Origin: an uncultured Candidatus Saccharibacteria bacterium
GTDB lineage: Bacteria; Patescibacteriota; CPR2; UBA1875; CAIMLA01
Direction of reading: 5' to 3'
Assembly: GCA_964511435.1 (NCBI GenBank)
Contig: CAZEFH010000003.1
Coordinates: 1,283-65,282 of the forward strand
DNA length: 64,000 bases
Part shown: piece by piece, positions 52,044 through 62,251 of the stretch
Position numbering within the stretch: the first letter of the stretch is position 1
How the letters are laid out: the number at the start of each line of letters is the position of its first letter
Translations under genes and position numbers: made by a program
Notes under the pieces: generated by a model
Seen by the model: the letters and a program-made list of their open reading frames with translations, nothing else
What the model was told of the DNA's origin: nothing
Databases searched by the model: none

Positions 52044-53822
52044 ATGAATATGGGGGAAAAGCCGAATACGCCAGAAACAGAGACTGAGAAGCCGCTACTT
52101 TCGATTATTGAGCCCGAAGCGGTAACTCATAGCTACAATAAATATGCTGATAAGAAGTGGTATATCTGGACCAGGGAACCAAAAGAAAATTCAAAAGTAA
52201 AAATTAAAAAAGAAAAACCAGAAAATAATAAAGCGAAAGATAAATCAAACCCCTTCACGATTCTGAAAAAAGTAAAGAATCCAGACAACTCGGAATCCCT
52301 GGATTCTTTAGTGCAACCTAAGAATGACGCAAAGAATGGCTGGCAAAAGAAGCATAAAGTTATCTTTGCGCTTGTAGTTGTCTTTACGGTTCTCTGTACC
52401 TTGTCGGCTCTCTTGGGTGGTGCTGCCTATGCCCATAATGCTATCTATACCAATAAGGTTTTTCCGGGAGTGACTGTCTGGGGAGAAGAAGTCGGTGGCA
52501 AGAGCGTTATCGAAGTCCAGAAGCTTATTTCGAAGAAGGCCAAGGAATATTCTATTACCCTAAAAGGCCCAGATCAGGATTATAAGGCAACAGTTTCAGA
52601 TCTTGGTATCGTCTTCAATACTGATACGATGGCGCTCGCCGCATTCTCTCGTGGACGTAGTGATCAGTGGTGGGACAACTACCTTACTCGGGCGAGGCTA
52701 CTTTCGACGGAAATAGACTGGCAGCCGTGGCAAAATCTTATTCGCTCGAATGATCTCGCGATTGCACCGAGCTATACTCTAAATAAAGAAAAATTGAATG
52801 CCTACCTGACGAAAATATCAGATAATATTAAGATAGAGGCACAAGATTCACAGGTAACTGTCACTGGTGGTGTTACTCAGCTGAAGCCGGCTATCTATGG
52901 CCGGTCAGTTCGCTTTAATGAACTCAAACAAGCAGTGCTGGCGAGTATTGCTGGTCTTAAAACGGAGAAGATAAATGTAAAAACTGAGACACTAAAACCA
53001 GCAATCGTAGATACAGCAGCAGAAGAAGTAATGGTTCAAGCCCAGAACGTGATGGCTAGACCAGTGGTGCTTACTTATAAAGGGACCGAATATCGTCCAA
53101 ATCAAGATACTGTAGGGTCATGGCTTTCGTTTACCAAGAAAGACGGTGAGACTAAATATACCCTAGTGGTAGATAAGTCGAAAATGGAGAGCTATTTCTA
53201 CTTTCTCGGAAGCAAGATTAACGTTTATTCGAAAGAAAGAATTGTAAGGGTAGAGAATGGTGTGAAACAGACTGAGGCTCAAGCTGGGGTTAATGGTCTT
53301 CTTGTTGACACTGCCCTTCTTGGAAGTCAAATTGCTACTGCTCTACCGAGCCAAGCTAGCGTCAGGTTGGAAATTCCTACATATGTAGACAATTTCAAAA
53401 CTCGCTATGAAAATGTGGTGATTGCTGACTGGGATAAATATATCGATATTAATCTATCAACACAGAAGATGATTGCCTGTGAAAAAGGCGGAGTAAACTG
53501 CCGTGAATGGAGCGTAACAACAGGCGACGATAATCATCCCACACCGACTGGAACCTTCCTGGTTCTGGGTCGTAACGCAAGCTTCTATATGACTGGAGGC
53601 AGTGTTTCTGATGGTAGCTACTATCATCTCTGGGTGGATCATGCCGTCTGGTTTACCAGTGCTGGCCATGCGATTCACGATGCTTACTGGCGTAATGGTT
53701 CCTTTGGTGGGCAAGACTACCATTGGAATGGTTCTCATGGGTGTATCAACTCGCCTGATGATGCGGCAACATATATATTTAATTGGGCCCCTATAGGAAC
53801 TCCGGTGATAGTTCACTACTAA
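52044..53822 (+). CDS. L,D-transpeptidase (YkuD) domain protein with an N-terminal membrane anchor and a large central domain
   Basis: The C-terminus …HAIHDAYWRNGSFGGQDYHWNGSHGCINSP… is the LDT catalytic His/Cys motif. A TM helix lies near residue 120. The start is uncertain: ATG 52044, or TTG 51969 which overlaps pheT. Confidence 0.7.
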   Translation: MNMGEKPNTPETETEKPLLSIIEPEAVTHSYNKYADKKWYIWTREPKENSKVKIKKEKPENNKAKDKSNPFTILKKVKNPDNSESLDSLVQPKNDAKNGWQKKHKVIFALVVVFTVLCTLSALLGGAAYAHNAIYTNKVFPGVTVWGEEVGGKSVIEVQKLISKKAKEYSITLKGPDQDYKATVSDLGIVFNTDTMALAAFSRGRSDQWWDNYLTRARLLSTEIDWQPWQNLIRSNDLAIAPSYTLNKEKLNAYLTKISDNIKIEAQDSQVTVTGGVTQLKPAIYGRSVRFNELKQAVLASIAGLKTEKINVKTETLKPAIVDTAAEEVMVQAQNVMARPVVLTYKGTEYRPNQDTVGSWLSFTKKDGETKYTLVVDKSKMESYFYFLGSKINVYSKERIVRVENGVKQTEAQAGVNGLLVDTALLGSQIATALPSQASVRLEIPTYVDNFKTRYENVVIADWDKYIDINLSTQKMIACEKGGVNCREWSVTTGDDNHPTPTGTFLVLGRNASFYMTGGSVSDGSYYHLWVDHAVWFTSAGHAIHDAYWRNGSFGGQDYHWNGSHGCINSPDDAATYIFNWAPIGTPVIVHY

Positions 53823-53850
53823 GAAATAGAATTTAATATTATTTTCCTAA

Positions 53851-53880
53851 AACAAGCACGAAACGTGCTTGTTTTAATTT
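53851..53880 (+). terminator. Rho-independent terminator after the LDT gene
   Basis: aacaagcacg-aaac-gtgcttgtt followed by ttaatttt. Confidence 0.7.
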
Positions 53881-53919
53881 TGGGAAAAGCATAAAATATA
53901 TGTATAACTTGTGAGGGTG

Positions 53920-56900
53920 ATGAAGCCTAGAAAAGCTCATTTCAGTAAAACGTGGAAAAGGGCTAATAAGACGCTACTGAAAAGTGGTAGTTTTAGCTTT
54001 GTTAAAAGTAGTCTTATTGCTAGATTTTTTGGGGGCGTCTGGAACTTATTCAAGAAGGTCTTGGCCTTTCTGGCGAGAAAGATTATCCTAGTTGTTATAA
54101 AGACAATTGATTTCTTCATCAAAAGACTCCAAATATTCCGTTATGAGTTAACCTACAAGTTTCATCTGAAGGTTCGCTCGGTTCATGATACGCTGGTTGT
54201 AAAGAACGTTGTATATAAGAAAGTCTATGAGAACAAATTGACCCGACCAGTAAAGAATGCAACCATCTCGGCTTTTGTTTGCTCACTTATAATTTTTCTT
54301 TCTTTACAGTACTTATTACCAGTTTTTAATCCTTTTATTCCTCGTTCTGCTCGTGCCGGGTCAAATAGTGTAACATGGACGACGAATGCTGACTTTAATA
54401 CTAATGCCTCATCTACAAATACTGCTACAATCAAGAATACCACTAATTTCGCAGGAACTATTGCTGCTACAAACGGCAGCTCTTCAATAGTAGGTACAGG
54501 AACATATTTTCTAGATAACATTAGCGCCTTTAATGATCCTAAAGCTATAAATATAGACGGTATTTCATACGGCGTATCTACTGTGACAGACAATACTCAC
54601 ATGACACTTGCCACGAGCTTTCAGGGCACAACAGCTGCGGGAAAGACCTTTACTTTTGACAATGTTATAGTAAACAATGATGCCTTGAGTCTGCGCAAAT
54701 ATGGGGCCCCTGTTATAAAGACATCTACCTTTACAGTCCCTAGTGGTGTCACAAAAATCTATGTTGACATAAAAGGTGGCGGAGGTGGAGGCGGAGCTAC
54801 TGTTTATTCTGGGGGTGCATGTGGAGGTTCCGGTGGAACTGGAGGAACCTCAGCTCTCAAGGTTGCTGACGGATTGTTTTACTGGGCATTTGGTGGCTAT
54901 GGTGGTGAGGGCGGCTGCCCAAACAAAGTTGGTGCACAAGGGGCACCGGGGCCCTATAATCACAGGAATGTCCCTACCTTGATCCCAGAAACAGGAGGGG
55001 CGAATAACGGGGGCGCTGGTGGTTACTTTTCTAGCAACAGCAGAGGTGGAAATGGCGGAGGTGGGGGAAGGATTACTGGAACATTAGACGTATCAGTAGG
55101 ACAGGTAGTCACGATTGAAACAGGTGCGGGAGGAGCTGGCGGGACAATGCCTGGTTGGCCGGCAGTAAATGGTACGGCTGGATTGCCTGGTTCTGTTCAA
55201 GTAACATACTATCTTCCTGCTTATGTGAGCACTGGTACTATAACGGGGTTTAAGATTGATGCGGGATCTGAGCTTAAATATAAGTGGAGTTCACTGTCTT
55301 GGAGTACCGAGGCTCTGCCGGCAAATACTTCGGTTACTTTTAAATATAGAACCTCAGATGACGGGACGACATGGTCTGATCCTTCTTGGTCACAGGCAGG
55401 AAGTACACAAACAAGCGGGACTTCCGGTACGGCATCATTAACAGGTCTGGGTGTAACGAGGTTCTTAGAAATGCAGCTAGTCTTAGCTTCTTCTAATGGC
55501 GTCAATTACCCAACATTAAACGATTTTTTTGTTCAGTATGATACATTGGAAACGCCAATAAATGAAAATATATTTGTGTCAGATACAAGCAATACAGCGC
55601 TAAGGAATGGTAACGGCGATATCGCCGACATTCCTATAGAAACTGGTACAGTTCCAGCGGGTCATGCAAGATATGGTACGGCTAGTCTTTATACAAATCA
55701 GACAAGTATACGTGTGAAGGCAAATAATCTTACATGTGGAAGTGGGGCTACCGCATGTACTGTACCTTCAACCAACCTGAGACCAGAGGTGGAAATAAAA
55801 CCGATTATAGGTGGAGTACCCACGGCATTTACTGGTTCCGGAGTTACCGCGGATATTGGTAACACTTACGTTGATATTACGGGTCTAACAGTAGGTTCAA
55901 GCTATCATATTAAGGTGAGGGCGGTTGATAGTCAATCCAGATCCTCGGCTTGGATGTCTTATGGCAATAATATCGAGTCGGAAGCTGACATAACTGTCGA
56001 ACAGACTTCGCCATCACTTCAGCTAAATGGGTTTACCGAAGGTGGTGAATCCAACGTCGATATTGTGGCGAAGAATGGAGTATTGTACGCGAAGAGTAAT
56101 CAGATAAAGGTGAAGATAGCGACCTCTGATACGGGCACGGTGAAGTCAAATCTTGCAAAAGTTCTTATTACAAATAAGACTGACAATACTGGTTGGCAGG
56201 ACGTCACAGATCAGATTACTGACTATCAGACTACCTACCTTGGGCAGGGATCTTTCTCTGGCAATGTACCTTGGACACTTGAGGGCAGTGATGGAGTAAA
56301 GACGGTTACTGTAAAAACAGTCGATAACGCCGGTAATGTAAGTGGCGAAAGCATCTCAGTAACTACTAACCTGTCGACAACAGACAGCACTTTTACGACC
56401 TCGCCAGCAGGTAATACTGGAGGTACTGTGATTGTCGATAATAAGCTTCAGCTTTCTTCGACTACTAGTGGGAGTTCAACTACAAATACAATAAATACCT
56501 ATAATGACTACACTGAATATTGGGACGAGTGGTGCGGCTCGGGAACAGAAGATCTAGCAAACCCAATGTACACAGGATCGGGGTATGATATGGACTGTGG
56601 ATCTTGGAGTAGTGATGCTCATATAATCTTTAATAATGGCCTAGCTAGTGGTGTAACAAACGCGACCCTGAGAATAACCAGTAATACCACTGCTCTTACC
56701 TGGGTATGGCATGATAGAACGGCGCTGTCCGTCAGCGCAAACCTGTCTTTCAACACTCCAGGTACAGTGGATATTACGAGTCAGGTTCAGGCTGATGTTG
56801 CGGCAGGTGATACATATACTGACCTCTGGGTCAACAATGGCTACGGGATATATTCGATGGAAGACGCAAATTTAGCTTATCGTCCTCAGCTCAGTGTTAC

Positions 56901-59900
56901 TAGCGGTACTTCTACTACTACATTTGATACTCCAGAAACATTCACCTCTCGTATTTTATATAGCGGGGCAAGTAGTCCAGACTATGCTTCATTTCTGACC
57001 AGTCAGACTAATAATGGTCAGACTATTTCATATCAGATGCGGAGTGGTAATAATGCCACTACCATCGATGCCAGCTGGGGGAGTTGGTACACAGTTACGC
57101 CTGGAAGCGCGATAAATGCTGCTCTCAGTGGTGCAGGTAGGGGCTACTATCAGTATAAGGCAACTCTATCTACTACTAATGCCGCAGTTACGCCCACAAT
57201 TAGTAGCGTTACTGTCACTGGTACATTTACACCATCTGGTGAAAGTGAGATTTACTCCGCCAATATCACACTCGATATAATAGCCCCTACGTCTTATGCT
57301 CTTTCCGGTCCACTGGATAATACTTGGAGCGGGACAAATAAACCAACCCTGACTTGGAAGGCCTCTGGGGACAATCCGGGTTCCGGGCTGTACAAATACG
57401 AGCTGTATATGGATGGGGTGCTGAAGAAAACGATAGACGATAGCACTATAGGAGCAACCGCGAATATTCTAAGTGCTGCCGCTGGCAGTGATGTTTCTTA
57501 TACCATACAAACTGGGGAAGAAATTTCGGAGAAAATGCACCCATGGTATGTAAAGGTATACGACAAGGCGCTAAATACCACTGAATCTACACGAGGTGCT
57601 AGTAATCCGTATAATATTGGTTATGACAGCTCTCTGCCAAATACGGTGCCCACGACCGACATCGTGGCTCAGGCAAGTGGCTGGTTTACCACGAGCCCTA
57701 TGATTACTCTAATAGCTACGGACCCTGGTTCTGGAGATGGTTCCGGTATTTCGGAGGTCAAGTACCGCTGGGACAACAGTGATCTCTCGACCGGAGCCAC
57801 TACATATTCGGCTGCTTTTGACATGACGACAACTGTTGGTGACGGTACACATATTCTTTACTTCCAATCCAAGGATACGGCCGGGAACTATGAGTCCGTG
57901 AAACAGCAAACTTACAAGCTTGATACGGTAAGACCCACAACAGGCTATTCAATCGTGGGTGATACTCCAAATGGTCAGCATGATTGGTATGTCGGTAGTG
58001 CGCCGACCATTACTCTCTCCCATGATGACGCGGGTGGCGTAAACGCTTCTGGAGTAGCGACTACTAAGTATCAGTGGGTAAACTATGGTAGTCAACCTGG
58101 TGCGACCTGGCAGACGGGTACGAGCTTTACGGCGCCACTTGGGGACAAGACACTCTACTATTACAGTACCGATGTGGCTGGCAATGATGGGGCGCAATAT
58201 GAACAGCAACACGTGAAGTTTGACAATGTAAATCCGATATCTCCTACGGGATTTGCAGCCCCAACTGATAGGGCCTATACTGATTCAATCTATCTGAAAT
58301 GGTTCTCTGTTTCAGACACTTCAGGTGTCCAGACATATGAAATCAGAAGGAAGAAACATGACGACACGTGGAGTGGGCTGAGTGTTGTAAACATAGGTTC
58401 TGTCGGAAATGTTACTAACTACACTGATACTAGTGGACTTGAGGCAGGATTTAAGTACACCTACCAAATAAAAACCCAGGACAATGCTGGAAACTGGAGT
58501 GATGGCTGGTCTGAGGGTAATCCAGATCAAGTAGTTGGTTATACTATTGATACCGTAGCTCCGGTGATTCCAAGCGGGGTAGTGGCCACCGCGTGTGATG
58601 GTAGTGAGGCTACTATCGTCGTCCCTGATACCAATCCGGAGATTACTACCCCCGTCTGTACAGATACAGATAATAAGGGTTTTGAGATTACTCTAGCCTG
58701 GCACCAATCTTCTGACTCAGGAGTTGGTCTTAGTGGCTACAAGATATATCGCTCTGCCGATGGAGACACTTCTGATGAGGACAAGTGGATTTTAGTCGGT
58801 ATTCTTCCTTGGACTGGTGCCGAAATAATGAAATGGAATGATAATGACGTAAATAATGCGGATACTTGGGATATCGGTGTATATCCATCGACACACGAAA
58901 AAAGTGGTCAAGCCGCAGGTAAACTGGACCCATCGGAGCCACTGAGTGACTCTACTACCTACTACTATCGAGTGACGGCTTATGACGCTGTAAATAACGA
59001 GAGTGCTCTTTTCCCGCCAATCTTCCCTGATCCCGATAAAAACCGGGCACTGGCTGAAACCCCTGATGTTACGGCACCAGGCTGGTTTGATGCGCAGGGA
59101 GTTAGGACTAGCGATGCAGGAGTCACCGCTACTGCTCTTGGTCTAGATGGTAGTGATCTAAATAACGAGAGTATAGGCCATCAGAGAATAGTTGTCAGCT
59201 GGAATACAGCAATTGACAAGAAGCACAATGGTGATGTTCTTGCTGGCTCCGTACCTGAGTACGAACTATATCGTTCCACTACAAACTATCAGACAAAAGA
59301 AGAATGGTTAGCGAGCGCGACTAAGCTGACGCTAGATTCTCCAACTGCAGTTACTTATGAAGACAACGGTCTCGCAGACACAACCACTTACTACTACCGT
59401 GTCCTTACCTATGATGGTAGTAATAATAAGTCAGGTCTTTCTGATGGTAGTAGTACCGACCATGCTATTACTTATGATTCAAACATCCCATCGGCCCCGA
59501 GTGAAGTGAGGGTCGCAGCAGTTAAGGGTGACCCCAATGAAAGCGGTTCTCAGGTCGGTAATAGCGTTAACATCACTTTCAAGGGGAGTAATTCGAAGTA
59601 TCGTCAGATCATCAAGTACGAGGTTTATAGGTACGAGGCCGATATAAATGACCTAGATAGTAACCAGTGGCTCGATAATTCCAGGACTACCAAGCTAAAG
59701 TTTACTCATCTCGCTAGCTGTGGCAGTAAGTGTGAAAGTTATAGCACGGGGGCTACGGGAACTGATATAGAAATTACAGCCAACCAGGACGATCGAGATA
59801 ATGAGTATCGGGTTCTAGACACGGGTCTTTCAGATGGGCAAACCTATTTTTACCGCGTCAGAGCCCAGGACAATGCCTATGTTCCGAATGAGCCCGATCA

Positions 59901-62127
59901 AAGCTACCGCTACGGCCCGCTCTCAAGTGTCTCTCCTCTAGATTCATTAGCGGCGAATCGCTATGGCTGGGATACTACACCTGACGCAACCAAGCCAGAC
60001 ATTACTGCGTCCGACCTGGCACTTTCAGTAAAGGATACCCATCCAAGTGAGACCTGGCTTCGTAACGTCGTGACCTGGAAAGTAGCTGATAAAACAAAAA
60101 TCATACGGCGTAAGCCAGCTGATGCTAGTTGTGTAACAGTTCTGACTGTTGGTACAACTGAATATTGTAGTGATTTTGCCAGGTATGAGATTCATCGTGA
60201 AGTCTATGACCAAACCGATGTGCTGATTCCAGAGATGAGCCAGACCTTTACTTTCACTGACATTAATACAAATATCCTAGTAGACTCTGTGGCAGTTGCC
60301 TATAAATCTGATAAATTTAAGTACTACATGGTAATTGTGGATAATGCTGATACTGATTACAAATATGCTAGCGGTGTAGTTATAAATAGCAGTGGTGCCA
60401 CCGTATATGAACCAAATAAAACCAGTAAAATATACTGGAATGGGTCGATTACGCCAGAAAAAGCACACGCCACTATTGACAGTGTGGGTCTTAGTAATAT
60501 CGGAGTTTCTAGTGCGACGGTTACTTGGCATACTGATCAGAGTACAGATTCGCTAGTAGAATATCGGCCAATGAAGAAAGTGAGTGGTAACTGGCAAGTA
60601 GATGATAGTCCTAGTAATCAGTTTGTAGCGGTTGGGCATCGAGAAACTGACGTTAACCACTCCGTCTATATCTTTGGAATGAAGCCAGAAACGAAGTATG
60701 AATACCGCGTAATATCGAAGAATTATCCGTTCGCAAATGAGACAGTGGTGTCTACTGGACTACCAGAGCTAATTACAAAGGGCTTTACCGTTACCTATAT
60801 TCCGAAGCCAGAACTAATCTCCACAGTTTCGGCGGAAATTCACTGGACTACCAATATGCCTTCAAACTCAAATATGGTAGAGTACCGTGAGAGTAATGGC
60901 GCCGAGACCCTCGCTTTTGCAGAGGCGCCACTGAGTCCAGATAAAATTTCAGATGACATGAAGAACTGTACTCTAAATCCGACGTCTCCTCTCTGCTATC
61001 ACTCTGTTACTATATCTCCGCTCAAAAAGCTGACTGTCTATACGATAAATATTATTTCAATCTCGCTTGATAACTACACTTCTACCTCAGGGATGAAGGA
61101 ATTTACAACTGCGAACTCTGACTCGAAGCAATTCACCATGGCTCCATCGGCTTCCAATGTGGCTGAGAGAAATATTACCTCGACTTCTGCTCAAATCGTC
61201 TTCCAGACCTCGGAAGCTACCACAGCAACACTTTATTACGATACCGATAGTGGTGCGCCGGACTATGATCCGAAGGACTACCGTCTTACAGCTACCGACG
61301 CGCTCAAGGGGACAACCCATGCGATACTGCTGGATGGTCTCGAGCCTGGGATGAAATACTACTACATTGTAGTTGTGGACAACGGTCTCCTGAATTACAC
61401 CTCGCCTGAAGCCTCGTTTACAGCTGTGCTAAAACCCAAGATTTCTAATCTGAAAATTGCCGAGGTTAAGCCGTATTCATTTAAGCTAACTTGGGATACT
61501 AATATTGAGACTGAGACACTGATAAATCTAGGTACAAGTACAAATTACTCCGAGAAACGGGGTAAGCCAGGTCTCTCGAAAGTGCACGAGTTGCTAGTCG
61601 AGGGTCTTACCGACAATACTGAATATCATTATCAGATACTTGCTAAGGACGAAACTGGTGAAGAAGTTGCGAGTTCTGATGCTGCTGTTCGTACTCCTCT
61701 CGATACAGAGGGGCCGAAGATTACTGGTGCCAAGGTTGATATCTTGCCAATGGGAGAAAGTGATACTACGGCTTCAATCATTGTGTCGTGGCAAACGAAT
61801 AAGCCCGCAACTACCCTCGTTGAGTACGATGAAGGGATTATTGGCGGCAGCTACAAGAACCAATCTACCGAAGATCCAACTCTAAACAACTCGCACACAG
61901 TTATCATAAAGGGGCTGAGGCCGGCAACCTCGTACCATTTCAGAATGATTTCTAAAGATAAACGTGGTAACACTACTGAGTCGCAAGACTATACTTTTGT
62001 GACACCAACGAAGGAGAAATCAATCCTGCAGCTCATCTTGAAGTCACTAGAGGAGACCTTCGCCTGGACTAGAAATCTCGGCAGCTTCTTCTCGAATATT
62101 GGAAACCGGATAACGGGGAAGAAGTAA
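53920..62127 (+). CDS. Giant (about 2735 aa) cell-surface protein with an N-terminal basic leader plus signal-anchor, a Gly-rich region and many fibronectin-III-like domains, including five tandem C-terminal FN3 (purple-acid-phosphatase-N-like) repeats
   Basis: A single uninterrupted ORF. The N-terminal roughly 110 aa are basic, followed by the hydrophobic segment ISAFVCSLIIFLSLQYLLPVFNPF. The Gly-rich block is GGGGGGGATVYSGGACGGSGGTGGTS…GGNGGGGGRITG. FN3-type signatures recur (…W..S.D.SGV.GY.IYR…; …ATVTWHTDQSTDSLVEYR…YEYRV…). Confidence 0.7.
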   Translation: MKPRKAHFSKTWKRANKTLLKSGSFSFVKSSLIARFFGGVWNLFKKVLAFLARKIILVVIKTIDFFIKRLQIFRYELTYKFHLKVRSVHDTLVVKNVVYKKVYENKLTRPVKNATISAFVCSLIIFLSLQYLLPVFNPFIPRSARAGSNSVTWTTNADFNTNASSTNTATIKNTTNFAGTIAATNGSSSIVGTGTYFLDNISAFNDPKAINIDGISYGVSTVTDNTHMTLATSFQGTTAAGKTFTFDNVIVNNDALSLRKYGAPVIKTSTFTVPSGVTKIYVDIKGGGGGGGATVYSGGACGGSGGTGGTSALKVADGLFYWAFGGYGGEGGCPNKVGAQGAPGPYNHRNVPTLIPETGGANNGGAGGYFSSNSRGGNGGGGGRITGTLDVSVGQVVTIETGAGGAGGTMPGWPAVNGTAGLPGSVQVTYYLPAYVSTGTITGFKIDAGSELKYKWSSLSWSTEALPANTSVTFKYRTSDDGTTWSDPSWSQAGSTQTSGTSGTASLTGLGVTRFLEMQLVLASSNGVNYPTLNDFFVQYDTLETPINENIFVSDTSNTALRNGNGDIADIPIETGTVPAGHARYGTASLYTNQTSIRVKANNLTCGSGATACTVPSTNLRPEVEIKPIIGGVPTAFTGSGVTADIGNTYVDITGLTVGSSYHIKVRAVDSQSRSSAWMSYGNNIESEADITVEQTSPSLQLNGFTEGGESNVDIVAKNGVLYAKSNQIKVKIATSDTGTVKSNLAKVLITNKTDNTGWQDVTDQITDYQTTYLGQGSFSGNVPWTLEGSDGVKTVTVKTVDNAGNVSGESISVTTNLSTTDSTFTTSPAGNTGGTVIVDNKLQLSSTTSGSSTTNTINTYNDYTEYWDEWCGSGTEDLANPMYTGSGYDMDCGSWSSDAHIIFNNGLASGVTNATLRITSNTTALTWVWHDRTALSVSANLSFNTPGTVDITSQVQADVAAGDTYTDLWVNNGYGIYSMEDANLAYRPQLSVTSGTSTTTFDTPETFTSRILYSGASSPDYASFLTSQTNNGQTISYQMRSGNNATTIDASWGSWYTVTPGSAINAALSGAGRGYYQYKATLSTTNAAVTPTISSVTVTGTFTPSGESEIYSANITLDIIAPTSYALSGPLDNTWSGTNKPTLTWKASGDNPGSGLYKYELYMDGVLKKTIDDSTIGATANILSAAAGSDVSYTIQTGEEISEKMHPWYVKVYDKALNTTESTRGASNPYNIGYDSSLPNTVPTTDIVAQASGWFTTSPMITLIATDPGSGDGSGISEVKYRWDNSDLSTGATTYSAAFDMTTTVGDGTHILYFQSKDTAGNYESVKQQTYKLDTVRPTTGYSIVGDTPNGQHDWYVGSAPTITLSHDDAGGVNASGVATTKYQWVNYGSQPGATWQTGTSFTAPLGDKTLYYYSTDVAGNDGAQYEQQHVKFDNVNPISPTGFAAPTDRAYTDSIYLKWFSVSDTSGVQTYEIRRKKHDDTWSGLSVVNIGSVGNVTNYTDTSGLEAGFKYTYQIKTQDNAGNWSDGWSEGNPDQVVGYTIDTVAPVIPSGVVATACDGSEATIVVPDTNPEITTPVCTDTDNKGFEITLAWHQSSDSGVGLSGYKIYRSADGDTSDEDKWILVGILPWTGAEIMKWNDNDVNNADTWDIGVYPSTHEKSGQAAGKLDPSEPLSDSTTYYYRVTAYDAVNNESALFPPIFPDPDKNRALAETPDVTAPGWFDAQGVRTSDAGVTATALGLDGSDLNNESIGHQRIVVSWNTAIDKKHNGDVLAGSVPEYELYRSTTNYQTKEEWLASATKLTLDSPTAVTYEDNGLADTTTYYYRVLTYDGSNNKSGLSDGSSTDHAITYDSNIPSAPSEVRVAAVKGDPNESGSQVGNSVNITFKGSNSKYRQIIKYEVYRYEADINDLDSNQWLDNSRTTKLKFTHLASCGSKCESYSTGATGTDIEITANQDDRDNEYRVLDTGLSDGQTYFYRVRAQDNAYVPNEPDQSYRYGPLSSVSPLDSLAANRYGWDTTPDATKPDITASDLALSVKDTHPSETWLRNVVTWKVADKTKIIRRKPADASCVTVLTVGTTEYCSDFARYEIHREVYDQTDVLIPEMSQTFTFTDINTNILVDSVAVAYKSDKFKYYMVIVDNADTDYKYASGVVINSSGATVYEPNKTSKIYWNGSITPEKAHATIDSVGLSNIGVSSATVTWHTDQSTDSLVEYRPMKKVSGNWQVDDSPSNQFVAVGHRETDVNHSVYIFGMKPETKYEYRVISKNYPFANETVVSTGLPELITKGFTVTYIPKPELISTVSAEIHWTTNMPSNSNMVEYRESNGAETLAFAEAPLSPDKISDDMKNCTLNPTSPLCYHSVTISPLKKLTVYTINIISISLDNYTSTSGMKEFTTANSDSKQFTMAPSASNVAERNITSTSAQIVFQTSEATTATLYYDTDSGAPDYDPKDYRLTATDALKGTTHAILLDGLEPGMKYYYIVVVDNGLLNYTSPEASFTAVLKPKISNLKIAEVKPYSFKLTWDTNIETETLINLGTSTNYSEKRGKPGLSKVHELLVEGLTDNTEYHYQILAKDETGEEVASSDAAVRTPLDTEGPKITGAKVDILPMGESDTTASIIVSWQTNKPATTLVEYDEGIIGGSYKNQSTEDPTLNNSHTVIIKGLRPATSYHFRMISKDKRGNTTESQDYTFVTPTKEKSILQLILKSLEETFAWTRNLGSFFSNIGNRITGKK

Positions 62128-62251
62128 AAGCAAAGTCACTACTCTGTGGATAAAAGTAAGGGCCCAATACAGACCTAAAATAAGTACATTTAGTGCTTGT
62201 TTTAGGTATGAGATAAGCATAAAATATATGTATAAGAATTCACCCCGTTAA

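Noticed and set aside
53457-54593. Minus-strand ORFs overlapping the LDT gene end and the giant-protein gene start
   Set aside because: Antisense frames. The + strand genes have clear catalytic motifs or long uninterrupted frames.
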